Numbered from the stretch's first letter, positions 49,281-63,169 are shown. The stretch: 64,000 bases of DNA from Callorhinchus milii (GCF_018977255.1 NW_024704743.1:23872001-23936000); one strand, 5' to 3'. The notes: a model not told the origin generated them from the sequence alone. Made by a program: numbers and translations.

Positions 49281-52200
49281 AACAGTAGCTTGAAAGGAAT
49301 TGCTTTTTAAATGAAGAGCTCATTGGAAAGATGCCCAAACACTGTCATATCACACTTTGCTTGTTTGAATTGTAACATGGCAAATAACCCAACACAATAA
49401 TTCTGGCTCTTCCATCATGTTTGTAAATTTTGAAACAATTGTGTTGTCAGAAAGTAGCTTTGTGTCGTCACAGGTAGGTGACCTTTCGTTTCAAGTCCAA
49501 TTACTCCAATGGTTGAGTTCCCCTTTGAAACTTGCAGCTTAACTGGTTTAATGGGTAATTGAAGTCAGACTTCAGCGCTTTATTAGAAGTGGCAGCCGGT
49601 TGTCACTGTAGGGTCATCTCATGGGATTGGACTTGAAGTTTCAGTAAATTTAAATCAAAACTAAAGCTACAAGAGAAAGAGAGAGATGAAATGGATAGCC
49701 ATTGTAAAGCAGAGAGAATCTGCAGTCTCATTTGCATAAGATACTTCATTTCATTGTCTTTTACGGGGACAAAATGATGTGGATTGGTTTGGCATATTCA
49801 TTTTATAAAACAGAATTGATAGCAGGTATTGGGCGGTAATTTGAGTTGCATTAAAAAAGACTAGATTTAAACCCTGCAGCAAATTAATGTGCAGTAAGGT
49901 TTGCAAAAGACTGCCCACCTGATTTGTTTTTCCAATCAAATCATCACAGCAAAATAAAAACAGCAAGTTGGTATGGTGTGTTGGCATTGTATGTTGGCAT
50001 TGCACTGTGCTGTAAAGTGGTTGGATAGTGGCCCCAGCCCACACACATACACGCAGCCAGTGCCGAATCTCTGCAGGAACAAAGTGAGAGTTCTGCAGAG
50101 GCAGGCAGTTAGCGTCCCCAGGGCTGCTCTGATGTTTAATGAACAGCCCTGGCAGAGGCCTGGGACCAGATCTGCCTATAATTGGAGCCAAATGCATGAA
50201 CCTGCCAGCAGAAGATGTCACATTGGAGGATGAGTTCACTCTGCATGGCCAATTCTTAATATCCCATCAGTGACAAGATACATTAAGAAAAATGACATGC
50301 TAATGTCCATTGGCCTTAACACGACTGCCCATTGACGGCCATTTTCTCCAGCTAGAATACCAGCAGGCAGTGGGGAGTGATGTCAATGCTCAGCTCAGCG
50401 ACCCCCTAAAGACACATCAAATTAAGGAACATTTTGCACCGTTCACAGCTAGAGTCTAGCCCCAGCGAGAGCAGCTGGAAACACACAGCAGGTTAGAAAT
50501 GTCACCGCCCTGCCTGAGGACCCAAGCTTTCCAACAAGGGAGGAGAGGGGGGATTTATCGAACTCACCAAGTTTCAAGTTTCAACCCTTTTATCCATTCT
50601 TTTTTCACCTGTGAGAATGGAAAAAGGTGGAAACTTGAAACTTAGTATAGTTTTCACCCTCATTTCGTGCCCCTCCATTTTCCAGAAAGTCAGAAAATGG
50701 CCACGATGGGATCCTTTGCAGCATTCAATGGTGAATGCAATATAGAGTGTAACGCTAAGCCGTAGAGTACAGCAAAAAAATAATAATAATTTGGTCACTC
50801 AATCCACGATTGGTTGTGGGACACTGCTGTGTACAATTAGCTGTCGCGTTTCACCCACAAAATGTACAATCAATTCACTTTATCGTATATTCTTTGAAGC
50901 GCTTTGAAACATCTCAAAGACGTGATAAGATGCTATATCAAAAAGGATTATTATTATTACATATAGTACAGTAGTCAGGCCAGAGCTGAGCAGAACCAGG
51001 TCTGAGAGACCAGCCTGAGGAAAATAGGCTGAGAGAATACATTTGAAGGTGCAGACCCCGATAAAGGAATTTTTGTCCCATAAAGAGTTTGTTTTCACAT
51101 GCCAATAAATAGCTGGTCTTAGCAATTCGACGTCTAAAGAATAATTAAGGGTGTTTCAGTCGGATACTCCAATTGTGTTTCTGAGCAGGTCTAATTACCG
51201 GGCACTGTAAGTAATGAGCAAATTGGTCGGAAGACAGTGTGATGGAGTAGCCTGTAAATCACAGATGACAATGGCCTGTGATAATTAATCTTGGACTGCC
51301 CTCAAATTCGAGGCTTGCTGATTCTCACATCATAGTTGGGCATAAGCAATGGATGGCTACGAACAGTTATCGTTGAATAAAGATCACAGCATTACTGGCT
51401 CTGAGTGAAACATTGAAACAAGGAAAGACCATCAAGCTCATTCCTCGCACATATTGTGGAAAATCTACCTTAGATTTAGTCTTGCTGCTATCAGCAGACT
51501 CTCTACCTGATTGTAATCTCCCTAACCCAGGGCATTAGACTAATTGAAGACACTCTGGCTGAGATTATAACTTCCAGAATCCCTGGGGAGTCAAACCTGG
51601 GGCCCTCCTAGTCTGAATGGTTCAGCTGCTCACTAGATAAACCTACTGAGGCAGCGGAGAGACCTTCTGAAAAAAATTCAGATTAACGTACTTATAGAAG
51701 CTATAAAAATGTAAATAAATCTAAGCGATGCCAAAACCTGCAATTGCAATCTGCAAATAGACCTAAGAATGTAATGAATGACCATGGAAGGATTCACATT
51801 TTAATCCTCAGACCATATCAGCCTCCGAAATAACTAGGAAGTATTAAAATTTCATAGTGAACGATTACTTATGCATAAGCCTTTCACAGTGGTCCCCAGG
51901 GTAGTAATTATATTTCTGGTCTCTGAAATCTGTAAATTGAAGAGGAAATGTTCCAAGAGTGAACGGTTAATTCTGAGGAAATGGCTAAACGTTTGGTTGG
52001 GATATGCTGGCATTAGAGACTTGTTCCACTTACGCTGGTTGCACAAAAGTATTCTTTTTAATACAAATTTCTACTTCAGTTTTCTCCTTTCCTCTCCTGA
52101 TGGGTCTAACATCTACACAGGTGCAACAGTTCTGCACTTGCTGATTTGCCTCCAGAACCTTATCCGCTCCTTCAAGTGCAACATTGAGTTGTATCCAACC

Positions 52201-52882
52201 TTAAAGTGATCACAGCCGAGCCTCATCCAGAGCACATCCAATATCCACACGTGCATTTTATACCGTTGGTGGTGGACGGGGTGGTTGAATATGATCTGGG
52301 CTGGCATTACCCCTCTCTAGCCCATCTACTGAGTTGAATTATAGCATGCACCACCAACCTGGCTGAAGTCACCAGGACTGAACCTGGCACCTTCACAGCT
52401 CATTCTCTTTAGATAACAGCTGAGCCACAGGAGAGCAACCCAGTTTAACCAAACATCGTAGGGCTACCGTAGATTAACACGTGGCCTTTGTGATCTGAAA
52501 ATGAATTCAATCCAACAACAACAACAACTTGCATTTATATAGCTCTCCTCACTCAGGGTAGTGTCCACACTCAGGGTAGTGTCCCAGAGCATTTGACCGT
52601 GATGGAGCACGAGCTGAGCTAGGGGGAGGGGGAGGTGACTGTAGGCACGGTTGAATAGGAAAATCTTCAGACTAAGCGAGACGAATGGGATGAAAGACTC
52701 TTCTGCCTTTCTATCCCTGTTGTCTGTAAGGATCAATTGTGAAATGACTAGACAGTCCATCTGCTTTGTGGGTATTATCCACAGCAAAAACCTACAATCG
52801 TTTGCTTGAATTACTGTCAGTATTGTGCTGTGGATTCTATAGGAGCTTGGTTAAAACTAGCCAAAGTCTCTCAGTCTGGGTT

Positions 52883-53262
52883 GGGTGTCAGCCTGGCTCA
52901 CCTTGGTAGCATTGTCACTTCTGAATCAAAAGGTTGTGGGTTCAAGCCCCACATCGGGGCTGTGAGCTCATATAGTTCTGCCTGACACTCCCAGTGCAGT
53001 GTTGGAGATGTGCTGCATTGTCGGAAGTGCCATTCTTCAGATGAGGTCTCACCTGCCTGTTCAGGTGGATGCTAATGATCCTGACGTACTATTGAAAAGA
53101 GAAAGAAGTTTCTCCTGATGTCCTGGCCCACAATATCCCAGATAAATGTTGATCAAACACTTCATGGTTCTTTGTGGGACATTGCTCCGCACAAATTGGC
53201 CGCTGTGTTCACCTAGAAATATACAGTGAATACACTTTACAGTGAGTTTTGTGAAGCATTTT
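52883..53262 (+). mobile_element. SacSINE1-like DeuSINE, near full length
   Basis: GGGTGTCAGCCTGGCTCA head, GGTTCAAGCCCC B box, CAGGTGGATG...GATCC body, and Deu core TGTGGGACATTGCTCCGCACAAATTGGC. Confidence 0.8.
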
Positions 53263-53353
53263 GATGGGTCAATAGATAAAGTGACAACTGCCAGAATTAA
53301 TGGTCTATAAATTCAACCCCCGGACGTGTTTTTCTGTCCTTTAAACGATAACG

Positions 53354-53614
53354 TGTTTGGCAATGAAAAGTCTGAATTGAGTCAACCCTCTGTGAAGGTC
53401 TCGGCAGTCTGATTCATGAGTCTGGCAAACTGCAGTACTCCAGGGCACCACTGATGACAGATCAGATAGCCTTGTTCATTGTCAGCACTTGGACAGGCAA
53501 GCCAGTCACTGGGGGCAGAAATTCTTCCCGCTCAGCTCTTGTTATCCTTGCAAGCCAAAGCCCTAACGGGTAGGGTGGTCCTAGCTGGACAAGCAGCGGG
53601 AAAGCTTGCCAGAC
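53354..53614. repeat. Unclassified interspersed repeat, copy 1
   Basis: Colinear with 61193-61450; both end with ...GGGTAGGGTG(G/A)TCCTAGCTGGACAAGCAGC(G/A)GGAAAGCTTGCCAGAC. Confidence 0.8.
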
Positions 53615-54744
53615 CATGCTATTAATGCCAAGCTATGTGGTTTTAGCTGGTTAGACTCCAGCAATATCTCAACCACACAGTGGGGTACCCAAACTTTAGC
53701 TCTTGCCAAAGCTGTGCCTAATTCTGTCCAGAATTACGTAAGCAGGTAATGTCTCTCTGGTGGAGAGAATGATTAATTCTTTCCAGAAATGGGAATATCT
53801 ATGTGTAGGTAGCTTGCATGCAATTCTGAGTCTGGTTTGAATTAGTCTGGTTTGAATTGGAATTGATCAGCCATGATCAAATAGAATGGCAGAACAGGCA
53901 CAAGGGGCTGAATGGCCTGCATACTCTTAATCACATGTGTCCTATCAAGAGCAATCATAAAATGAGGGGGTGCCATGCACTCCAAAAGCCAAAAATTCCA
54001 CCGAGTCTTAACCCATAAGACCGTTTCGTCTTAAAATTTAGGATCGCATACAGTTGTGAACAATTATCCAACAGGATGATTGCCACTTTTATCTGTCAGG
54101 AGCATTGAATCAATGAAGAGACAAACTGAGTGTGACTGAGAATATCAAACACACTGAAAACTTCTTAAAATGAAATGTTTAAGAAAACAATCCAGTCATT
54201 CACATGGGTCCTGATATTGTAGCAATCCTTTTCTAATCCAATTCTCAAAGGCAATAGTATGATTAACATGCTGCCCTTTCATCTCTGGGACTTGGATTGG
54301 AATATAATCCTTAATAATCCTTGCATTTGCTATAACACCTGATCATGTCAAAACATCTCAAAGCATTTCATAGGATTTACTGTAAAGTATAGTGACTATC
54401 TGATCAAAGTCTCTCAGGGTATTTGAACACCTAACCTTCAGGAACCTAACAGGAAATTTAGTTAAGTTGATTTCTGGGAAATTGCCATATGTAGGTGGCA
54501 TATATTTGTGAAATTGAGTCTGGTTTGGATACCAAAACATCAACTTGCATTTGAATTTTTTTTAAAATTGGTCACTCAATCCACGACTCTTTGTGGGACA
54601 CTGCTGTGCGCAATTGGCTGCCGCGTCTTGCCCACAAAATATACACTTTACAATATATTCGGTGAAGTGTGTTGAGACTTCTCAAAGACGTGATAAGGTG
54701 CTATATCAAATGCAAGGATTATTGTTGTTATTATTAAACAGCGT

Positions 54745-55710
54745 TGTTCACACAGGATAGCATCTTGGAATGCTGCATAGTAATGAGGTTGGATGCCAAC
54801 AAGCAGCCAGGTTGACTTGAGGATGTCACAGAGGTAGGGTGGGGCAAGACCATAGAGGGGAGGAGGAGCATCTTGAACTCGATTCTCTGGGGGATGGGAA
54901 GCCATCGGAGTCGTGCGATGATTGGGGTAATTGGCTAGTGGAGCCCAATGAGGGAGAGGACATGAGCTGTAGAGATCTGGATGGTCTACAACTAGTGGAG
55001 GGAAGAGTTGGGAAGCCCAGCAAGCAGAGTTGGGGTGGTCAAGCTTGGACATGATAAAAGCATGGATAAGAGACTTGGCGGTCCTAAAGGGAGAAGTAGT
55101 GGAGGAGACTGGAAATGTAGAGGAGGTGGGTGTTTAAAGGACATTTGAGAATCGAACAAGACTCAGGGGTTCTGGCTCCATGAGGTGTCGAGTGCATCCA
55201 TGTAGTGTGATGCTGTCAGCACGTGAGATGAGAAGGTGCTGATGGGAACTAAGCAGGAGAATCTCTGTCTTGTCAACATTAAAGTGGAGAAAGTTAGCTC
55301 TCATCCAGGACTTGATGTCTGATAGGCAATTGGTTAGAACAGCAGTGGTCCTAGAATTGAGAGTGGAGGCAGAAAGATGGAATCATGTGTCATCCACATA
55401 CAGATGGAGTTAACCCATATGCCTGAGGTTGACATCGCTCAGTGGAAACAGGTAGATGTTAAAGAGGAGAGGACCGAGGATGGATCCCTGAGAAACACTG
55501 CACGGGATGATGCGGGTATAGGAAGAGAAACTGTTGCCAGATATAAAGTGGAGACGTTGAGATAGATAAGAGCGAAACCAAGGCAAGGACAGAACCATGA
55601 AGGCAGAGCTGAAGGAAAAGGCAGTGGAGAAGAATAAAATGGCCAACAATGTTGAAGGCAGCAGAGAGGTCATGAAGGATGAGGAGGTAGAGAGAGCCCT
55701 GGTCCAGAGA
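54745..55710 (-). mobile_element. Degenerate L2 reverse-transcriptase fragment
   Basis: PWFRSYLSQR, VSQGSILGPLLFNIYL, LYGLAPPYLCDIL. Confidence 0.8.
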
Positions 55711-56643
55711 TACAATACAAAATTACATTTGTATAGCATCTTTCAGTCAGGAAGACGTCCCAAAGCGCTGGAGATGGAAAGACTGTTACCGATGAGAGCA
55801 AATTCACAATGGCAGTGTGTCCCACTGTTGTAGCACATTTGACAGGAATTGACCAATCTTGAATCTATCATTCCAATGAGTTACAATACCTTTTTTCTGA
55901 TAGCTTGATTCAGAAAGGAACATCGATGGACTTTCATACTTTGGAAGTACAAGTGTCACAATTTAAGTTGAACCATCATTCTCCTTCTCCTGCTGTTCCT
56001 CTAGTCTTCCGCTCTATACACAGCAGCAATATTCTCATCCATTTCTTCAGATTTGAAAACAAAATCTCATTTGAATTACATAGAGGAATGCTCTATGTAA
56101 AGCCATAAAACCGCATCAGCCTTGTTTGTGGGTGGATTAAATCTACTCCAAGAACTAAAGGGATGAAAAATGTGACATTCACGATCAAATTATGACCAGC
56201 AATAATGACAATTATGTGAGATCCAAACCTATCTTTTTAATTATCAACAGATCTTTGGGTGCTATCCCCCTTCTGACCTTCCCGAACCCCAGATTTGGCT
56301 TCAGAGCTAACCACAGTTAGTGGTTGTTGAGTAGCACCATCATTGTTTTGTCCACCCACAATCAGGGCCATTAAATCATGCTGCATCTCTTTGAACGCTG
56401 AATTTTTCAACTCACTCTCTTGTAGATTTTTAAGTTAATTGGGTGATGTTTTTGGCATTACATATATCATTCCTACGTTAAATTCAGACCCAACCCCAAT
56501 ATTTTTTTAAAATCACTTCGAACGTTAAATCCCACGCTAAGAACTACCTCATTGATGTGTCTGTGGTCCCTTCTCCCTTGCCTAACCTCACCACTATGAA
56601 ACACTCTGAGATGTTATCCTATATAAACGGCACTAGATAAATG

Positions 56644-57009
56644 GAGTGGAGTCCACACGCTCGTGGAGTCCTGTAGCGTATTGATTGGAACGCTCGCTTC
56701 GCAAGTGAGAGGACCCAGGCAGGGCGAAACCTTAGGCAAGTTTCCTCATTCTACACGCTCCTGTTTAAGTAGCAGTAAGTAGGAACTCGGTTGTTAGTCA
56801 ATAAGCAGATCGCTTTCCGGGGATAATAATCCCTTCAAAAAATAATAATGATAACAATTTGGTCACTCAATCCAAGACTGTTTGCAGGACACTGCTGTGA
56901 GCAATTGGATTCTGCACTTCACCCACAAAATATATTCTGTGAAATGCTTTGAAATGACTCAACAACATGGTAAAGTGCAATATCAAATGCAAGGATTATT
57001 ATTATTAAT
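56644..57009 (+). mobile_element. tRNA-Ala SINE long form with a duplicated 5' end and an 8-bp target duplication
   Basis: GATAAATG at 56636-56643 and 57010-57017; GTGGAGTCC occurs twice at the 5' end. Confidence 0.8.
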
Positions 57010-57639
57010 GATAAATGCAACTTGTTGATGAGACAAGGTGATCGCTAAGTCAAAGCTGCAACCACCCTGGTGTATCCAGAGTTGGATGTGGAATGGAATC
57101 ATCAGGGATTTCCTGCTAGCCCTGGGACCCAAAGGTTCAGATCCTCTTTGAAAGCGATGAATCAGAGGCTCTGATTCTCTCATTGCATTCAGGCCACAGA
57201 ACACAGTACAAGATAATAGCTGGACTTATCTCTAGTCTCCAAAGACAATTTTCACAAAATTATGCAATACAAAAATGTCTCGGCACATGGAAATGCTTGT
57301 CGTCATTGTTCAGAATCGAGGTGAAGGGCAGAAGATAAGTCGAGAAGTTTTGGTTAGGAGACACTAAGATTGTAACAAGGACACAGGGACACCACATGAT
57401 GTCTCATTGCAGTCTCTGTGTTATTCGCCTGATCCCAGGACTGTATTTCTACGGATTCTGATAATGGAACAATTTTTATATATGTATAGTATATAAAATT
57501 CACAAAATCATTTCTATTCATTAATAGGGCTTAAATAAAAAAGTATCTTTACACATTTCTGGTATGCAGAAACTGTATGCGCGCTCCAATCTCTAATTGA
57601 ATCTCTTTTATTAAAACCTATTGAGGCATTGAATCACCA

Positions 57640-57902
57640 GGAGCCCAGAATTTCTTCATTGTCTTAAAATTTAAAGTTGTGTGGAATTTTGGGAAAACAA
57701 TCTTAAATTCAGTCTCGAATTCACAGGTTGTTTTTTCTGCCACAGTCTCTGACTTGTGGAAAATCTGTTTCTAAAGGAAGGTAAAGGCTGGTTTCCAAAA
57801 TTCCGCACAATCTTAAATTTTACATCAATGGTCTTAAAGATAATCTTTGCATTTGCATTTAAGTTGCACTTAAGGTTAAGAATGTGATGAATTTGGGGCC
57901 CC
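57640..57902. mobile_element. MITE-like element
   Basis: Ends GGAGCCCAGAATTTCTTCA and TGATGAATTTGGGGCCCC; internal inverted pair TTGTGTGGAATTTTGGGAAAAC / GTTTCCAAAATTCCGCACAA. Confidence 0.5.
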
Positions 57903-58364
57903 ATGTGAAAGAGATGCTGACACAGTAGCCTGTAGGAAGATGAAAACTGTGAATTTCTTTTACTTCAGCGATGTGTCTCTAGCATGTGTGTCCATCCTCT
58001 GGCCTAATCATAGGACCCGCTGTGGTACACAATATATGTCTACGTTGAATTTATACTACATCCTTCAGACAAATGCTCAGCTGCCCTGTCACAAGGCTGA
58101 GATACTCAATTGTGCACAATTGGCTGCCGTGTTTCACCCACAAAATATACAGTCAAGACGTCTCGAACACGTGATAAGGCACTATATCAAATGCAAGGAT
58201 TATTATTATTATGCCACTGCAACTAACACAACAGAGTCCCGTTTTCATTCCCAGGACGTATGTACAGGAACCTATTTAGGGTGCGAAGCGGAATCATTTC
58301 CTTGAAGTGTTTCATTGCTGCCTTTAACTTTTTTTTTAATGTCTATTCTTCTCTTTCTTTAAAG

Positions 58365-58548
58365 GAGTGCTGTGGAACTTGTCATCATGTGATGCACTGA
58401 AGATGCCCATTATCCAGGATGCACTTGTGGTGCTGACCAATGCTATAATCATTCCACATTCCGGCTGGGACATCTCCCCACACCAGGAAGACCGCAAAAT
58501 TCAGCTCCATTCGTCCATGGTGCTGCGCAATGCCACCGGCTGTCTGAG
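58365..58548 (+). CDS. CTNND2: Catenin delta-2 internal coding exon (armadillo repeats), 184 nt
   Basis: Polypyrimidine tract with aaAG ending at 58364; donor GTCAGT at 58549. G|GA completes the Gly codon, then [60 protein letters not shown](R). Phase matches the previous exon. Confidence 0.96.
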
Positions 58549-59401
58549 GTCAGTCTGCTTGGTACCTTTCTGATGTTTGTAAAGCTAACGCCTACCCTTA
58601 TCTAATCGATGGATCCTATATGCCCGAGGTCAATTGGTGCTGGGTGAGCAGTTTCTATCACCTAGTGTCAGTGAGATAACGCTTTTACTGAATACGCATT
58701 TTGTTCAGCAGACAACATGTATTTTGGTGCTTTGTAATGTGTACCATTTCACCGAGGAGTTGATGCACATTTTCGGGTAATGAAACGGCCACGCACATTT
58801 GTGCATTTCCGTGAGAATTTAGGAATTGCCATTATTTTCAGTGGAAATTGTCTGTCTCGTTCCACTGAGCTGTGCGGAAAAGGTGATGTAAGATGCAAAG
58901 AGCAGAAAAATAGTGGGGTAAAGTTTGAGATGTTTTGTAACTTATTCCTTATGGGCTAACTAACAAATTGTAAACTTTGCCTCAGTAAATCATAGAATTG
59001 TACAGCACAGAAGGAGGCTATTTGGCCCATTGTGTCTGTGCCGGCTCTTTGAAAAGTGCTACCGAATTCAAATTCCCCCCTCTCTCCCCATTGCTCTACA
59101 AACTTGTCCTCTCCAAATAATTATCTAAATGAAAAGGTAGATTTGTACTGATGCGAAAAGCTACTGACAACACCTCCAGGTGGTGGTTTCAGAGGTAGAA
59201 CACTATTTAATCTATTCATTAGAAACACAATTTGTGTAAATCACACCAGGATCACTCCGTTCTCCCCAGATCTCATCAACCTGGGCTTCAGGTGGACATT
59301 AAAGTTTCCATGACACTATCCAAAACCATGAGAGATTTTATCTTTTACATTATTGCTGTTTGTAGCAATTTGATGGGTGCAAAATAGCTGCTAGATTTGC
59401 C

Positions 59402-60235
59402 AACAACAACAAAAAATTACATTCATAGAGCGCCATTCACGTCGGGAGGACGTCCCAAAGTGCTAAACAGTCAGATGTCGGGGCCTGAGCATGGGGGAGG
59501 GGCGGTTTAGGGCTGAGGGAAGGTAGAGAGGTTGGAGGGCGACCAAAGGCACGATCGAAGAGAAGGGTCTTGAGACCAGCAAGGGAGGAAGTGAGGCGAA
59601 GGGATGGTGCGATGGAGTTCCAAAATATGGGGGCAGAGAGGCTGAAAGCTCGGCCGCCGATGGTAGGGCAGGTCGGGCGGGAGACATGGAGCAGATCGGA
59701 GCCCGCTGAATGGAGTAAGCAGGCAGGTTGGTAGGGAGTCAGCAGGTCAGAGAGGTAGGAGGGGGCAAGGCCATGGATGGCCTTAAAAGTGAGGATGAGG
59801 ATCTTAACCTCGATCCTCTGGGGGATGGGGAGCCAGTGGAGTCGGGCGAGAGTGGGAGTGATGGGGTCATGGAGCCTGGTGTGCGAGAGTACACGAGCTG
59901 CAGAGTTTGGGATGTTCTGCAGCTTGTGAAGGGAAGAGTTGGGAAGGCCGATGAGGAGTGAGTTTCTGTAATCGAGCCTTAAGGTGACAAATCCGTGGGT
60001 GAGGGCTTCGGCAGCCTGAGGGGTGAGGCAGTGGCAGAGTCTGTCAATGTTGCGGAGGTGGTGGTAGGCAGTGCCGGTCATGGCGTGGATGTGGGGGAGA
60101 AAGGACAATTCAGGGTCAAACAAGATACTCAGGTTCCTGACTGGCTTAGTGAGGTTGAGTGTGGAGGCTGATGCTGCCAGCGCCCGAGGTGTGGAGGCGC
60201 TGGCGCGAGCCAATCAAGAAGGCCTCGGTCTTGCA
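59402..60235 (-). mobile_element. L2 LINE 3' fragment with a largely open ORF2 C-terminal frame
   Basis: The 258-aa frame contains VRNLSILFDPELSF, RLDYRNSLLIGLP, ARLHWLPIPQRIEVKIL and GGRAFSLSAP. The tail matches the SINE tail and ends in (GTT)n. Confidence 0.9.
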
Positions 60236-61192
60236 AAAGCAGTCATTACAGTTGGGAAGGAAATACTTAGGGCATTTGATGTTTCGACATATAAAGTGCG
60301 ATAAAAATGTAAGTTCTTCTTATTTCTGGTGTATTGAAGACTGTTTATCATTGTTAAAATGTTGATCATACAACATGAAGAAACGCAGCATCTGAGTAAA
60401 CATTGTTCTCATGCCTCAATGAGGAGCGGGAAACTGCCAGGATTGAGGCAGCTTCACTCCTAATCGATCACAGGTGTACTTTGTGGGCGTGTAGCTCACA
60501 AAAAGCACAGTCACTCCACCTTACACTATATCCTGTGAAGCGCTTTGAGACATCTGATGACGTGAAAAGACGCTACATCAAATGCAAAGATTATTATTAA
60601 GGTGGTACAGCCATGTCTTTGGTGAGAAGAATCTCTGGGAGTAAAAGTCAACCAATGCCTCCCACCTCTCCCCACACTCTTTCAACCCTGCCTCTCCGGC
60701 CGCTCCCTCCATTCCACCAACTCTGGCCTGCTCACGTCCCTGTCCAGAAAGGCCCCACCCTCAGCGAGCGACCCTTCAGACACATTTCCCTGACGCTCTG
60801 GGAATTCCTCCACTATGCCCTCTCCCTCCCTTCTTTCACATCCTACCCAAACACCTATCTCTTTGACTCTGCTTTCAGGCAACTCCCTCCCTGTGCGCTC
60901 GCCCTTCCTATCTCCTTCCAGGATCCATCTCTCTAGCCTTTGTAAAGAGCTTTGAGATGTTCTCACAACATGAAAGGTGCTCTACAAGTGCAAAGTTGTG
61001 ATATTATCTGAACTGAGCTGACCACAAGATCACAGGCCAGAGTTGGCCGGGGACGCAGGGTTGAAAGAGATCTCAGAGAGACAGGGTGGTGCAAAACCAA
61101 GGAAGGGTTTGACAGTGAGATTGAGGCTCTTAGATATGTTTTATCCTCCTGGTGGGCGGGATCCTTGGAGCTGAACTGGTTCCAAGGTGAAC

Positions 61193-61450
61193 TGTTTGGC
61201 AATGGACTGTTGGAATCAAGCCAGCCCTCTGTGGTGGTCTTGAGTTCCTGAGCCAAGCAAGTCTGCAGTATTCCAGGGCACCGTTGATGACAGCACAGCC
61301 AGCCTGGCTCATCGGCAAGACCTGGCAAGAGGGCAGACCAGTCACTTGGGGCAGGGAATCCTTCCACTCAACTCCTGTTAACCCTGTAAGACAAAGCCCT
61401 CACGGGTAGGGTGATCCTAGCTGGACAAGCAGCAGGAAAGCTTGCCAGAC
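61193..61450. repeat. Unclassified interspersed repeat, copy 2
   Basis: Colinear with 53354-53614, in the same orientation. Confidence 0.8.
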
Positions 61451-63169
61451 AATTTCTCTCACCACTCCCTTTTCACTTTGGGTGATAATCCTCTGTTTGC
61501 GAATTCCTCAGTGTTATCTCTGGAAATAACGAAGTGCTGCAAGCCATTCTCTTGCCTTTCATCTGAACCTTATAGAGCGTATTACAAATACAATTTGACT
61601 GCTTCAGCATTTGGGAGATGGGGGGGGAATCGGAGGCGATTGCAAATGAACACTTAACTAGGTTTCTACCCGGGAGGTCACAGGTTTCAGCAGTTCAGTC
61701 TGAATTACACAAGCACATTTGGAAAAGGGCATTGCTGTAGCCAGGCCTGTCAGCTCCTACTATGAATAGTCCTCTATTGTAAAGAGAATTTCCCATCTCT
61801 CCCAGCCCATGAGAACAGATTTGGCTACTTTTGTCTCACCTCCAGAAACTATAAATGAAACAAAACATGGTTACACCCATTCAGTGGATACCAATTACAC
61901 CGTGCTGAACGTTTATTATTATCCCCTATTTATCATTCTGTCAGCTTTTAGAAGGTTTCCAGCTGCACCATTTACTGTGGTTACCATAGATACCATGTAT
62001 TTCATTTCTGCAGAAACCCACTACAAATCCCTGTGTAATCCAATTACTCTGCTCATAACCATGCAGAGGTGAGAACACGTATATGTAGGTTTATACCTCT
62101 AATGCACAGCCTTCTGCCGTGTGTGCACATATATAGACTGGATTTGCCCAGCCTATCTGTTAAAGGTTGCAAAGCCCGCTCCACCTTTTTTAAATTCAGT
62201 TTGGGCGTCACAATGCGATCTGCACCGTTCAGCCTGTGCTGGTTGCAACCATTTCATTTTGTACTACATGAGAAGTAATTTTCTGACTAGCCAGTGCTTT
62301 TTCTTAACGCCAGTTGCTTAGTGCCAATTTGATCTGAAGTTGTACCTGGTAGTTTATCAGTTGGGAGCAGGATACTTTTAATCCCTTTTCCACAGCTAAG
62401 CCTTAACATCGCCACTTTCTTTAAAAGCTACTTTAGAGTCTAATAGAAGAGTTTTTCCCAGTGTCCCAGCCAACAATTCCCCAAATAAAACTGGTCATTC
62501 ACTTCATGGTTATATGTGGAACTTTGCTGTGTGCAAAGTTGGCTGCCCCATTTGCCAACAAAAACACACAGCCACTACACTTTATGGTATGCCTATTAAG
62601 TGTTTTGAGATAACCTCTTGACGTGACGTATAGTTTTGCTATGTGGAGATTATTATTATTGTTATTATAGACAAATGTTCACTGGCTGGATTTGTTGTGT
62701 TAATTCTGTTTGAGAAAGTCGTAGGTAGTGATGTGTGGGTGATCAGCCAGGTTTGGATTGTCATTCAGTTTACCAGAGAGGGTGGTTGAGGCCAGGACAC
62801 TGAATTCTTTTGAGAAACAGCTTGATGCTGTAATTGGGAAGATGTTAGAGTATTCTGAAAGGACGAGATCAAATTGTTTTCTTTGTGTGAACCTTTCTTG
62901 TAGTGTGGAGCAAAAGAAAAGTATTTCATGTCCTCAGATGATGGTTACAAAACATTCTCTTCTTAAGCGATCATCCTTTACCTTTCACCCTCACCATCCA
63001 CCTGAGCAGGGGATATCTTTGTGATTAATTGGCTACAGAACACTTCACTCTGAAATCGTGGCATCATTAACAGCAGTTCCTGGCACAAATTGGGATGTGT
63101 GTAGTGATCACAACACATCTGCTTTTAGCTTCAGAATTTAAACATCTCCCCATTTGTATGCTTTAAAAA

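Noticed and set aside
53451..53460. CTGATGA as a hammerhead ribozyme core or SECIS element
   Set aside because: The second copy reads TTGATGA. I could not place the GAAA and stems of a hammerhead, or the AA loop and GA quartet of a SECIS.
59437..60213. 258-aa ORF as a host gene
   Set aside because: It is a 5'-truncated L2 ORF2 C-terminus lacking the RT catalytic core and reading into the tail.
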